DNA of 64,000 nt from an uncultured Lachnospiraceae bacterium (GCA_934438085.1 CAKSBC010000001.1:161997-225996); one strand, 5' to 3'. Positions 19,401 to 28,033 are shown, numbered from the stretch's first letter. Notes: a model not told the origin generated them from the letters alone. Numbers and translations: made by a program.

Positions 19401-22400
19401 TATAGGAGTAAAAATATTACCTGATCCATTTGTATCGTGTGTTTGTGCCCAATAGAAATTATGAACATAATTACTATTATATCTAACTTCTTCATTATAA
19501 CCTGGATGAAAAGCAGCAAACCAAGATAGATATGTGTAGTGGTCTTCAGTTTCTCTTGATTTGTAACAGTTATCAACCCATTGCCATTCCCATTCACTTT
19601 TCCACCAATTCCAAACTTTTTTATATCCACCTATAATCGATTCATTTGTTTCAGAACCAATATCAGCTGACGTCACCTCAGTCGTTGCATTAAGCTTATC
19701 CCATCTCCAGTTTATGTTCTGCAGCTGTGAGGTAGATCTTATCTCAAATGGGAATCCATTTTCCTTTGATGGTTTGCCATCTGCACCATAGCCTGTTCCG
19801 TGTCCGAGCTTCGCCTTTGCTTCATCAGGGGTAGTAATTTCATCCGCACCAAGTAAGACCATGCTCTTTCCGAAGAATGGTGTGAAAATATATTGAATTT
19901 CCTTTGTTCCGTAATTAAGAGTACACGAAGCATAGGCTGAATCTCCGATAAGGAACATTCCGCCGTCATCTGCTTTCTGTCTGCTTGTATTTAGTGTTTC
20001 AGGCGTTACACCGCTTTCAGTAGTTCTGTAAAGCTCGAATTTATAGCTTCCGCCAAACTGCTTTTCAAATGCATTTTTAGCTGCACCTACACAAATGGAA
20101 TCTGTTGTTGCATCCTTAGCATTGACAAAGCGTGACTTATTCCCGAGATTTACATTATCCCAGTATGCTGAAGGACCTGAATCCGATGCATTTTCAGGCT
20201 TATAGTAAAATCCGTAGCCATAAGCAGTTATGACACCTCCGTCATCATGAGACTCACAAAGTGTAGAATACTCATTACCCTCGTCATCTATCATATAAAA
20301 ATGATATCCGTTGTTTGAGCCTTTTTCTTCATGTTCCCAATAGATAAAGCCCATTCTTCCGAAGCTTGAATCATACGCCCATTCTCCGTAATGCACTCTT
20401 GTTCCGTCGTTCTTAGTAACGACAGCAGGATATGGATATTTTACGGAATTATCATTATTGGTGCATGCATGATAAAATGAATCCTCAGCATTTCCAAAAG
20501 CAGTGCTTAAATCATTTTCCAAGGTATAGGTAGTAGTATCACTGACATCAATAAGTTCTATAAGCTGAGCGCTTGTAGCAGACTGTGCCGGAAGGTTTGA
20601 ATCTGTATCATAATTATATGGACGAACACTGTCTACATAGTAGTAGTTTCCTCCGTTAAGATACATGCATCTTTCCATGGTTCCGGTAATACCCTGACTG
20701 AATGCACTTATATTGCCGCTGCTTAAATTGCTGCTGGTATATGCAGCAGCACAGTAAGAGCCCTCTATCTTACCGTTGTTGATGCCGGCAAAGCCTCCGA
20801 GCTTAAATTCTCCGGAGGTATTCGAGGTTCCCGCATCTATATATGCGAGGCCGTAGCAGTCTATGATTTCTCCGCTTCTTGAATTATAAGCAGTAAAGCT
20901 TCCGGTGTAGGCATCGGAGGTTCCGTTTGAGAACACCTCAATAAGCGGAACATCTGCTGAGCATTTGCTTATTGTTCCTTCGTTATAGCCTACAAGTCCT
21001 CCGACATAGACATCTGAATTTCCGTATGCGTAACCGCTTATGCTATAGCTTGCTGCAGCACAGTTTGTCACTGTACTTGCACTGTCAATATATCCTGCAA
21101 GCATACCGAGATATGCTTTTTCACCGTTATTCTGTGCGGCTTTTATGTTAGTAATGCTGAACTTATCAGCACTGCTGTAATCGGCCGCTATGACGATATT
21201 TTCAAGCTTTCCTCCCTTTACAAGTCCGAAAAGTCCTGAATATAAGCTGTTACCAGTACTGTGTATGGAGAATCCGGTGATAATATGGCCTCTGCCGTTA
21301 TATCCGGATCTGAAGCTTTCATCCTCGCTGCTTCCGTCAGCTATAGAACTTTGCACTCTGTTTTTTCCGATATCAGTAAGGCTTGTATATCCCGGACTTG
21401 CGCTCGCCCAATTATAATTTTTATAGTTAATGTCAAGCTCCTGATAGAAGTTCCTTCCCTCTACATCACCGGTCTTATTGTAGGCATCGTAGAACTTACT
21501 GAGCAGATACAGCTGTCTTGCAGATCTTATATAAATTCTTTCGTCCGCCATAGGTATCAGCTGTGCTGCCGAATCATTTTCTGCCTTATTGACAGACTTT
21601 GCAAAGTGCGGATTGAAGAAGTAATAATCTGTAGTACTTCCGTTTACAACTGATATTCTCTTATAGAAATGATCTATTAAATATCCTGTATCTATGTCTC
21701 CGCTGCCGTCAGTCTTAAGTCCGGCATTCGTTATTGCATCAGGAAGCAACAGCAGTACGGTCTTATCGTTCCAGCCGTCAGTTGTTGTAAATGCAAGCTG
21801 GCTGGCCTCAACTGTAACCTTGGTAAGTGCGCTTCTGTCATAGGTATTTCCGTTAAATGTAATACTTAAAGGAGCAGTATCGCTATATGCATCGGCATCA
21901 TAAACAAGTGCATATCCATCCGATATGACACTTATATTGTTGTTTTCATTAACAACTGTATCCTTATACAGCGTATCTGAGCTATTGCCGTAGAATCCCC
22001 ATTTTTCATATTTTCCATCAGAATAGTTCTCGAAATAAACAAGCGCTCCTGATTTGAAGTCCTTGTCTGCCCAGTCTCCGTAATGAACAGTTATTTTTGA
22101 ATTGCTCTTTATATGCGGATATTCGTATACCTTAAGAGCAAGGCCGCTCTTTAAATTGTACGGTCTGCTGTTTTCTGCCTTGGTATCAAATTCAAATATG
22201 CTTTTAGCCTCTGCACAGTCGTTAAGTGCATTATTAAGCTCATTAAGAACTCCGTCTGTACCTGTGCTCTTGAGCTTAGCTGATGCTACAGCTACACCGC
22301 CCATATTTTTTTTGCTGTTATTACAGTAATAAACGTTTGTAAAATTAGGATAACTTGTAGCTACAGTACTGTACTGATGTTGATGTGCGCTTACGTTGTA

Positions 22401-24518
22401 GCTGCTGCCGGTATCAAATACTGTATAAGAGCCTATGATATCTGAAATCGTTGTAGCAGTCTCTCCTGAACCTACGAAGCCTGCAGCCATCTCTGTATCA
22501 TTTTCAAATATTGCAAAGCCGGCACTGTAGGAGCCTATTATCTTGCTTTTTGCGTTATCGCCTCCTGCCGTATATCCGATAAGACCGCCTATTCGTCTTC
22601 CTGAAATGTAGCAGTCTGCATATGAACCGTTAATAATAAATCTTCGTTTTACCCAGCCTATAAGTCCGCCTGCACCTTTACCGTCCGTGCTGGTAGCAAC
22701 GACCGGGTCAATACCGGCCCTTATAACTGTTGATGCAAAGCTGTTAATGATTTCAGTATTAACATTTGCAACCCCGACAAGGCCTCCTGAGCTGTTTTCT
22801 GATTTTATAAAGGCATAGCTTTCATCCTTACCGTCATAATCGGAGGTATTAAGATAGACCTTGCAGTTAGAAATGGTTACAGGCTTACCTTTTCCCTCCC
22901 AGGCATCACTGTCAGAACCCAACTTTGACGCTAATCCGCCGGCATTAAGGTTATTGCTGCCGTTGGCCTTTAGACCTGTAAGCGTTATGTTCTTAAGCTC
23001 GCTTCCGTAGAAAACGCCGAATAAACCTGCATTTACTGAATCATTCGACTTCGGATAGTTTCCTATATCTATACCGTTAATTATATAGTTAGCTCCGTCA
23101 TAGCTTTTTAAGCCCTTGTCAGTGCTTTCTATTGGTGAGAATTTTCTGTTTCCGTATATTTTCTTCCAGCTAAACTTTCCTTCATCGGTAAAATCAATTT
23201 TCTCTGTCTGAACAGCAGAAACAAAGCTGAGCTTTTTAACTCCGCTTTTTGTATTCGGAATAGCTTCACCGATATGTGATGTGGTTGCGTCAAGATTCTG
23301 CAAATGCCTTCCGCAGGAAATCTTTGCAGTTGCGTCCTTATTTGAGGTGTCTGTACCGTCTGCAAACAAGCTGTTGACAACCTTGACATCAGGCATAGGT
23401 GAATTAATATTGTCGGATTCGTTTGTGCCTGTGACCTTGAAGCTTATCTCAAGATCCTCACCCGGAATAAAATTGCCTGTTTTTGATCCCGGTACATAGC
23501 TTATAGTCTGCCCCTTATCCGCAGAGCTTTGCTGTACGCTCGGAGCCTTACCGGAGCAGAAATTAGTATAGAACGAAAGATCATTTTCCGTTCCTATAGT
23601 ATCCTCAGTTACGAGTCTGTCTATGATCAAGCTCTTTGTTCTCTTGGTATTTCCGCCCATTAAGCCAATAAGCTCATAGCTGCAAGAGCTTTCACTGGTC
23701 TTTCCTGTAATGGTTATATAGTAGTTGACCTTTTTATTAATAAGCTTTTGCGGAAGCTCAGTTACAAAGTTGAGCTTTAGCTGTTCAGAGTTCGCTCCGG
23801 ATAAAGCAGAACCGCTGTCCCAGGAGATATAGTTTTTAATATCCTCTGTGCTTGAACCTTCTGTAATGCTGAAATTACCGAAGTAATATCCGACTCTTGC
23901 ATCGGTATTGTTTATACGATTCGCCTTGCTCTGTCTTATGGCATCGGTATCCGTTGTTGAAATGCTGCTGCCGTCCGGTTCATCATAGAACTTGTCAGGT
24001 GTATGATCGTCGTCCTCGCTGTAGAATACACCGTATACATAACCGTTTTCAGGATTAAATTCTATGACCCAGTTGTTGTTATAAATTTCTTCACTGACAG
24101 CATTCTCAGGAAGAATAAGTCTCTTAAGCTCTGTATTGCTGTTTGAATCACTTTCGAAAATGTCAGTTCCGGTCGCTGCCTTTGTCCAATTCTTATCAGA
24201 TCTTACTATGGTAAGAGTCTCTCCGTTCTTCCAGGTACTGCCATTTGTGGTTCCGTCATCCCAGTCTCCCGGGATAGTATTTCTTTTGATGACATCACTA
24301 AAACGAGCTGTATCCCCTGAAGAATACAGCTCTGTCAGTCTGTTTTGAGCCGCAGTATAGATAGTCCGGGCAGTTGTGTCCAGCTTCATCTGTCTAATAC
24401 TCTTTATTTGACTGAATATTCCCCCGATAGAGATTGCTCCTATTATCGCAATGATAGCGATAACAATAAGAAGCTCTGCGAAGGAATAACCCTTGCGGGA
24501 TCTTAGTTTATTGATCAT
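16449..24518 (-). CDS. Giant (2,689 aa) modular type IV pilin-like adhesin
   Basis: The N-terminus MINKLRSRKG / YSFAELLIVIAIIAIIGAISIGG is a class III signal. The body has many G-[GA]-[LMF]-[VIAF]-G GLUG-like repeats (AGGLIGW, VGGLVGY, NIGGLAGF, VGGMVGI, SGLFGLV). Near the C-terminus there are Ig-like segments and F-x-G-W/Y Listeria-Bacteroides-type repeats (SFAGWVLDNG, FSGYWTEPDG). There is no LPXTG. Confidence 0.85.
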   Translation of the reverse strand: MINKLRSRKGYSFAELLIVIAIIAIIGAISIGGIFSQIKSIRQMKLDTTARTIYTAAQNRLTELYSSGDTARFSDVIKRNTIPGDWDDGTTNGSTWKNGETLTIVRSDKNWTKAATGTDIFESDSNSNTELKRLILPENAVSEEIYNNNWVIEFNPENGYVYGVFYSEDDDHTPDKFYDEPDGSSISTTDTDAIRQSKANRINNTDARVGYYFGNFSITEGSSTEDIKNYISWDSGSALSGANSEQLKLNFVTELPQKLINKKVNYYITITGKTSESSCSYELIGLMGGNTKRTKSLIIDRLVTEDTIGTENDLSFYTNFCSGKAPSVQQSSADKGQTISYVPGSKTGNFIPGEDLEISFKVTGTNESDNINSPMPDVKVVNSLFADGTDTSNKDATAKISCGRHLQNLDATTSHIGEAIPNTKSGVKKLSFVSAVQTEKIDFTDEGKFSWKKIYGNRKFSPIESTDKGLKSYDGANYIINGIDIGNYPKSNDSVNAGLFGVFYGSELKNITLTGLKANGSNNLNAGGLASKLGSDSDAWEGKGKPVTISNCKVYLNTSDYDGKDESYAFIKSENSSGGLVGVANVNTEIINSFASTVIRAGIDPVVATSTDGKGAGGLIGWVKRRFIINGSYADCYISGRRIGGLIGYTAGGDNAKSKIIGSYSAGFAIFENDTEMAAGFVGSGETATTISDIIGSYTVFDTGSSYNVSAHQHQYSTVATSYPNFTNVYYCNNSKKNMGGVAVASAKLKSTGTDGVLNELNNALNDCAEAKSIFEFDTKAENSRPYNLKSGLALKVYEYPHIKSNSKITVHYGDWADKDFKSGALVYFENYSDGKYEKWGFYGNSSDTLYKDTVVNENNNISVISDGYALVYDADAYSDTAPLSITFNGNTYDRSALTKVTVEASQLAFTTTDGWNDKTVLLLLPDAITNAGLKTDGSGDIDTGYLIDHFYKRISVVNGSTTDYYFFNPHFAKSVNKAENDSAAQLIPMADERIYIRSARQLYLLSKFYDAYNKTGDVEGRNFYQELDINYKNYNWASASPGYTSLTDIGKNRVQSSIADGSSEDESFRSGYNGRGHIITGFSIHSTGNSLYSGLFGLVKGGKLENIVIAADYSSADKFSITNIKAAQNNGEKAYLGMLAGYIDSASTVTNCAAASYSISGYAYGNSDVYVGGLVGYNEGTISKCSADVPLIEVFSNGTSDAYTGSFTAYNSRSGEIIDCYGLAYIDAGTSNTSGEFKLGGFAGINNGKIEGSYCAAAYTSSNLSSGNISAFSQGITGTMERCMYLNGGNYYYVDSVRPYNYDTDSNLPAQSATSAQLIELIDVSDTTTYTLENDLSTAFGNAEDSFYHACTNNDNSVKYPYPAVVTKNDGTRVHYGEWAYDSSFGRMGFIYWEHEEKGSNNGYHFYMIDDEGNEYSTLCESHDDGGVITAYGYGFYYKPENASDSGPSAYWDNVNLGNKSRFVNAKDATTDSICVGAAKNAFEKQFGGSYKFELYRTTESGVTPETLNTSRQKADDGGMFLIGDSAYASCTLNYGTKEIQYIFTPFFGKSMVLLGADEITTPDEAKAKLGHGTGYGADGKPSKENGFPFEIRSTSQLQNINWRWDKLNATTEVTSADIGSETNESIIGGYKKVWNWWKSEWEWQWVDNCYKSRETEDHYTYLSWFAAFHPGYNEEVRYNSNYVHNFYWAQTHDTNGSGNIFTPIGSLYDNKDTVEDWIYDTFSQPYTAYFNGYFDGRSYKIQNISINSKSQTAGLFGTAVCANLQNIILYSDSNNKISANADGTNWYSLGSLVGFAAQGVVKNCASAGYTIENNRTKAGPGNANIGGLAGFCGTNIVNCSSVNDIVIKSIYQKKENQAICVGGMVGICPGNISGSYCGGSISSDETSNVDIYIGGIVGGEWFKAQGLDKLTNFGTLENGIGHLSSYIKPQPEIYNSYTYMSLPKVADDVKVVRPIATVGDLNDSSAADVETILIKNCYYYREYANDETIVIKPTKFENKGKYDIQYLNAYGTTIPDGNLLNVMALSYDNMKNGHLLNSLKVGEPGFANVTTTENGGARIDGKYSFPGADKFLKGENYPFPAIVTQENPFYDADFPMSGEAKNVYVHYGAWPLSGGLFTDIKSAEIDLLTSDTGTQDIAVKYYQDGNLVDMTAAPSVSTSSGNFDTVRCSFVQMTDVKEPGKRYYTLKVQGLSEGYETLTISYNSEGIDYTKELEISVTAEMSVEINARDPKNATLYGGESVEYVITAKNKNGDEIPTTLANWTVGYQNIESKNKVQCELSEETDSTGKKLSIFLKVTGRNEGEARVIVSSKDIYPRWDSDSLKNTKPVNARYKMLELEVMTRPEGAAQSVSVMLYADDERLDAGGNHNVNVSYAKAVDDNSTAKANLDYWTSMVKNDASINRGRSFAGWVLDNGELLTSDAMLKSSVKASAAWKCAEITFYDKIGANGSYAKAGTLCYLDGAFYTDNTLTVPAVNALAHKEPVGIDTFSGYWTEPDGGEPITDSEGHFITDSGDTVPTKVYARYDVSADEIFALMSAASMARAEAVAIATNDIIDTADADSLAAAENAEDSTIDADTNSAESSLPNSENGEGIGPAGPGGSISNEARVIYHNNVGTSGPSVQSFNGADSNAADTMNEGIDNADNDIMSETIDEAIEVMSDEGSNSVRSIIDPEVITDEDITYGTEND

Positions 24519-24523
24519 CTTGT

Positions 24524-25162
24524 TTATTTACTTACTTCTCCTGCCAGACTCTCTAATACCGAGGTCTGATCATCTGCAGTTTTAGCATTGCTGCTGCCCG
24601 GATTCTTCCTGGCTTTCAGCGCTGCCTCCTGTTTACTTGTTACATACTCATAGTTTACAAGTGAAAGCGTAGAGCTCCACTGAGTATTCTGCTCATCACA
24701 GCTTGTGTTGAAGCCTGTTATGAGATATGTGTTTTTGCTGTCCTCTATGAGCTGTGCAATATATTCCGCAGCTTCTTTGGACTGTGTCTTGTAATTAATG
24801 GTAATTTCTCTGCGCATAACGCTGTCGGTGATAGTCTCGTCTCCGAAGCTTATGTCGAACTCATCTGCCATATCCATATAGACATTAAGTTCCTGAAGCA
24901 ACACCTTATTATTGCTGTATGTGGCAAGTGACTGAGGATCACCGCCTGCTTTTTCGTATATTACATCAAGCTCGCTCTGCATTTTGTTCATCTGCATAGC
25001 CTTAGCTGATGCTACGTCTATCTCGCTCTGCAGATCAGCTCTCTGATTGGCAAGATTTAATGTCTCACTTGCAACCGGTCCCTGAACGACAAAATAATAT
25101 GCCGCAAGTATGATCAGAATTCCAAGCAGTGCCAGCTCTCTTATAGATATTATTCTGTTCAT
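24524..25162 (-). CDS. pilO: Type IV pilus assembly protein PilO-like
   Basis: One N-terminal TM segment, then a coiled coil and a small globular domain. Its position directly after pilM-pilN and the 4-nt overlap with pilN support the call. The call rests on architecture and context. Confidence 0.6.
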   Translation of the reverse strand: MNRIISIRELALLGILIILAAYYFVVQGPVASETLNLANQRADLQSEIDVASAKAMQMNKMQSELDVIYEKAGGDPQSLATYSNNKVLLQELNVYMDMADEFDISFGDETITDSVMRREITINYKTQSKEAAEYIAQLIEDSKNTYLITGFNTSCDEQNTQWSSTLSLVNYEYVTSKQEAALKARKNPGSSNAKTADDQTSVLESLAGEVSK

Positions 25163-26130
25163 TGTCCCGCTCCCTGTAATGCTGCCATGCCTTCCTCAAG
25201 TGTTGCAAAGCCCTGAGGTGCGCTGTCCGGGTTTGATCCTATGATAACTGTATCTCCGCCGATATTCTGTACCTCGACATTGCTGCCGTTTGTTCCTTTG
25301 TTTCCGCCTGACTGCTGCAAAGAGCCGGCATTCTGTGATGCATTAGCATTGCTGCCGCTTCCTACGCTGTTATTGACTGCGCTTAAGGAACCGCCGTACA
25401 CGGCCTCAGCCTTTTTGGTATTGGCATCCTTATCGGCATTATCCTTAGCTTCTCTTGCTGCCTTGACCGCATTGGTATATTCTTCATATCTTGCGGCTCT
25501 TTCCTCTTCGCTAAGGCTGCTTACTGAGCCTGCTGCCAATACATCATCATCGTCTTCTTCCTTGACTGTAAAGATGATATAGCCTTCGACATCGATATTG
25601 TTAGTTCCCTTGGCTGTTGAAACCATGATCTCATCTATGTTGACCATGCTGTTTAATCTGTCCTGAATAGTATCGATATCCTCTAATGAAGACATGTCAA
25701 CTATAACACCGACCTGATTTCCTTCGATGCTGATGCTTGTAATGCTTCCGATGCCGTCCGTGCTTTCATCAAGCATATCAAATATACGCTCTCTGCCTAC
25801 AAGACCTGCCTCATCCTCTGATAAGTAGCTTGTAGTAAATCTCCTGTATTCCTCTAAGACTTCGTCATAATCAGCGATTTTCTCGTCAAGCTGCTCAAGC
25901 TGTGTCTTAAGTGCAGAATTCTGCTGCTGCAGCTGTGCTAACTTTGCAAGTCTGTCAACAACTCCGAGTCTGTATACTGCAAATACCACTATAATAAGAA
26001 ATACTGCAAGCGGAAGCACTACCTGAATGCTGTTTCCGTCCTTTTCTCTGACATAGAGGTTAATGTTTCTCTTTGACGGAAGCTTCTGTATGTTCTCTTC
26101 TTTTCTGAACTTTTCAAAAAATTTATTCAT
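25159..26130 (-). CDS. pilN: Type IV pilus assembly protein PilN-like with a low-complexity C-terminal extension
   Basis: Short cytoplasmic N-terminus with an INLY motif (PilM-binding type), one TM segment, a coiled coil, then an S/G/N/A-rich tail. It overlaps pilM by 8 nt. Confidence 0.6.
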   Translation of the reverse strand: MNKFFEKFRKEENIQKLPSKRNINLYVREKDGNSIQVVLPLAVFLIIVVFAVYRLGVVDRLAKLAQLQQQNSALKTQLEQLDEKIADYDEVLEEYRRFTTSYLSEDEAGLVGRERIFDMLDESTDGIGSITSISIEGNQVGVIVDMSSLEDIDTIQDRLNSMVNIDEIMVSTAKGTNNIDVEGYIIFTVKEEDDDDVLAAGSVSSLSEEERAARYEEYTNAVKAAREAKDNADKDANTKKAEAVYGGSLSAVNNSVGSGSNANASQNAGSLQQSGGNKGTNGSNVEVQNIGGDTVIIGSNPDSAPQGFATLEEGMAALQGAGQ

Positions 26131-27121
26131 CAGCGCTCACCGCCCCTATAGCCAGCACACAGCGTGCCGCAAGCTCATCATCCTCAGGTTTGCCCGGCAT
26201 CCAGTCCTCAATGCTTCTTTGCTTAAAGCCGATATAATCGAGAGACTGATCGATCTTATTTTCTATCCATTTACTGCTTCCGGTCCATGTCAGCTTATTA
26301 AGCTCTGAATCAGGATTCTCATATCTAAAGAAGTTGATAGTTTTTGTTATCTCAAGGCCGAGTCTGTCATATACAGAACGGCATCTGTCATTATCCAGAA
26401 CATTTTCATAGTTTGATGCTCTGTAGCTTGCTGCAAGGAACGGATCTATGCCATATATCTCTGCAATGATGCTGTCTATCTGCTCACAGCCTATATCAAT
26501 GACCTTAAATGCAGAAAGCTCCCCGTCCTTTATAATGCCGAGTATCGTGGAATTCATGCCTATGTTGCAGATGCATTCTTCCTTATCAAGCTTAGCTCCG
26601 TCCTTAACCGCTCTTCTTGCAATATTAAGGAGAGCCATCTCCGTCGGTATCGCTTCCTTAAGCTTAAGGCCTGATTTCTTCAGAACGGCGGCATAGTTAT
26701 CAAGTGTTTCCTTCTGTGCCGCAGCAGCCATAAGCTCCATCGTCACCGGATCACCGTTCTCATCAAGCTCTATATTTCTTACAGCATAGTCAAAATTATA
26801 TCTGAAGCTGTCACTTCCGACATAGTCCTTAAATTCATAAGGAAGATTAAGTCTTAACTGCTGATCAGACATGGCCGGCATTGAAATGATCCTAAAATAT
26901 GCCGTACTTAACGGAAGCACAAGAGCACAGGCGCGGCCTGTAAAATGCCCCCTGCGTTTGATATCCTTTAAAAATGATGAAAATGTCTCCTGTGATACTA
27001 TCTGATCATTCTTTACGAGATTCTCCGGCATGCGCTCTGAATACATGCGAAGTCCCTTTCCGTCAAACTGGGAAAGGCAGATCTCATTACTGTCAAACTG
27101 TATACCTATCAAATTCTTCAT
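26123..27121 (-). CDS. pilM: Type IV pilus assembly ATPase-fold protein PilM
   Basis: Actin/FtsA-like fold signature regions (IGIQFD..., NIGMNSTILGIIKDGE, IDIGCEQID) and the right length and position for PilM. Confidence 0.75.
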   Translation of the reverse strand: MKNLIGIQFDSNEICLSQFDGKGLRMYSERMPENLVKNDQIVSQETFSSFLKDIKRRGHFTGRACALVLPLSTAYFRIISMPAMSDQQLRLNLPYEFKDYVGSDSFRYNFDYAVRNIELDENGDPVTMELMAAAAQKETLDNYAAVLKKSGLKLKEAIPTEMALLNIARRAVKDGAKLDKEECICNIGMNSTILGIIKDGELSAFKVIDIGCEQIDSIIAEIYGIDPFLAASYRASNYENVLDNDRCRSVYDRLGLEITKTINFFRYENPDSELNKLTWTGSSKWIENKIDQSLDYIGFKQRSIEDWMPGKPEDDELAARCVLAIGAVSADE

Positions 27122-27160
27122 CAGTTCACCCGATTTTTGTTTATTAATATCACTGTCAGA

Positions 27161-27955
27161 TTAAATAAACAGTGAAAGATACATATTTATTATCGGCTCT
27201 CCTATAAGTGCCGTGATCCATGCTGCTATGGCAATGGACGGTCCGAACGGAAATGCCTTGTTTGTTTTATTTTTACTGTTATAAAATGCTGCAAATATAA
27301 GTCCCGTAAAGCATGCTATTATCAGTAAAAGCAGTGTCTTAAGCGCTCCGAAGTGAAGCCCCAGCACCGCTATAAGCTTAATGTCTCCGCCTCCCATAGC
27401 TGTGCGTTTAAGTATCACCTCCATAATAAGTACAACTATAAGTAAAGGTACTGAAACAGCTAAAAAGCCTGTCAGCATTTCCTTTAAAACTGCCGTTCCT
27501 TCTAAAAGTCTCAAAAGTGATGCGGCGGCCATACCTATCAGCATACCGTCAGGTATCTCCATTATATCGATATCTACAAGCGATACAGTAAATAAAAGGC
27601 TGCCTACAAGTATAAAGCGCAGTGTATCAATAGTAAAGCCAAATCTTAATACGATACTTAAGTAAAGACACATGCAAATAAGCTCTGTCAGTGGATATCT
27701 TTTTGGTATTGATGCTCCGCAGTAACGGCAGCGCCCCTTTAAAAATAGCCAGCTGAAAAGCGGTACAAGATCTGTAGCCCTTAGAACATGTCCGCATTCC
27801 GGACAATGGCTCCTTCCCTTAGCAATACTCTCATTATTAGCGACTCGCCACGCCCATGCATTTAAGAAGCTTCCCATGCAAAGACCTATGACGCAGGTGA
27901 TAAATATAAGATATAATGCTGCGCCAATGGAAAAATCAAAAATATACAATTTCAT
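27161..27955 (-). CDS. pilD: Prepilin peptidase (A24 family)
   Basis: Zinc-ribbon-like CPECGHVL...RCRYCGASIPKRYPLTEL, plus catalytic Asp regions VDIDIMEIPDG and GGGDIKL. The start is set at MKLYIF, because the longer TTG-initiated frame runs through a terminator. Confidence 0.9.
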   Translation of the reverse strand: MKLYIFDFSIGAALYLIFITCVIGLCMGSFLNAWAWRVANNESIAKGRSHCPECGHVLRATDLVPLFSWLFLKGRCRYCGASIPKRYPLTELICMCLYLSIVLRFGFTIDTLRFILVGSLLFTVSLVDIDIMEIPDGMLIGMAAASLLRLLEGTAVLKEMLTGFLAVSVPLLIVVLIMEVILKRTAMGGGDIKLIAVLGLHFGALKTLLLLIIACFTGLIFAAFYNSKNKTNKAFPFGPSIAIAAWITALIGEPIINMYLSLFI

Positions 27956-27961
27956 TACTTT

Positions 27962-27972
27962 ATTATAACAAA
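27962..27972 (-). promoter_or_regulatory. Extended -10 promoter (TGTTATAAT) immediately upstream of pilD
   Basis: Minus strand reads TTTGTTATAATAAAGTAATG. The TATAAT ends 6 nt before the pilD ATG and there is no Shine-Dalgarno sequence in between. Confidence 0.35.
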
Positions 27973-27992
27973 TAAAAGCCGCAAATGCGGCT
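27966..27992 (-). terminator. Rho-independent terminator of the Na/Pi transporter gene
   Basis: Minus strand reads AGCCGCATTTGCGGCT followed by TTTTATTTGTT. Confidence 0.75.
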
Positions 27993-28033
27993 CTTATCAT
28001 ACACAAATTAAAAAAATTTGCAGCTAAACCTCA

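Noticed and set aside
16708-24348. About a dozen 60-130-aa plus-strand ORFs inside the giant pilin gene (for example 16708..16953, 21261..21653, 22102..22329).
   Set aside because: They are shadow frames antisense to an 8-kb ORF with clear protein features. Their products are low-complexity S/L/P-rich, they have no RBSs, and no family is recognisable.
27956-28006. The TTG-initiated 5' extension of pilD. The same applies to 63517..63648 for the AGCS gene and 57254..57298 for the AI-2E gene.
   Set aside because: The extensions start at non-ATG codons and run through a terminator (pilD) or lack homology-like sequence. The internal ATGs give family-typical N-termini, and the AGCS one has a good RBS.
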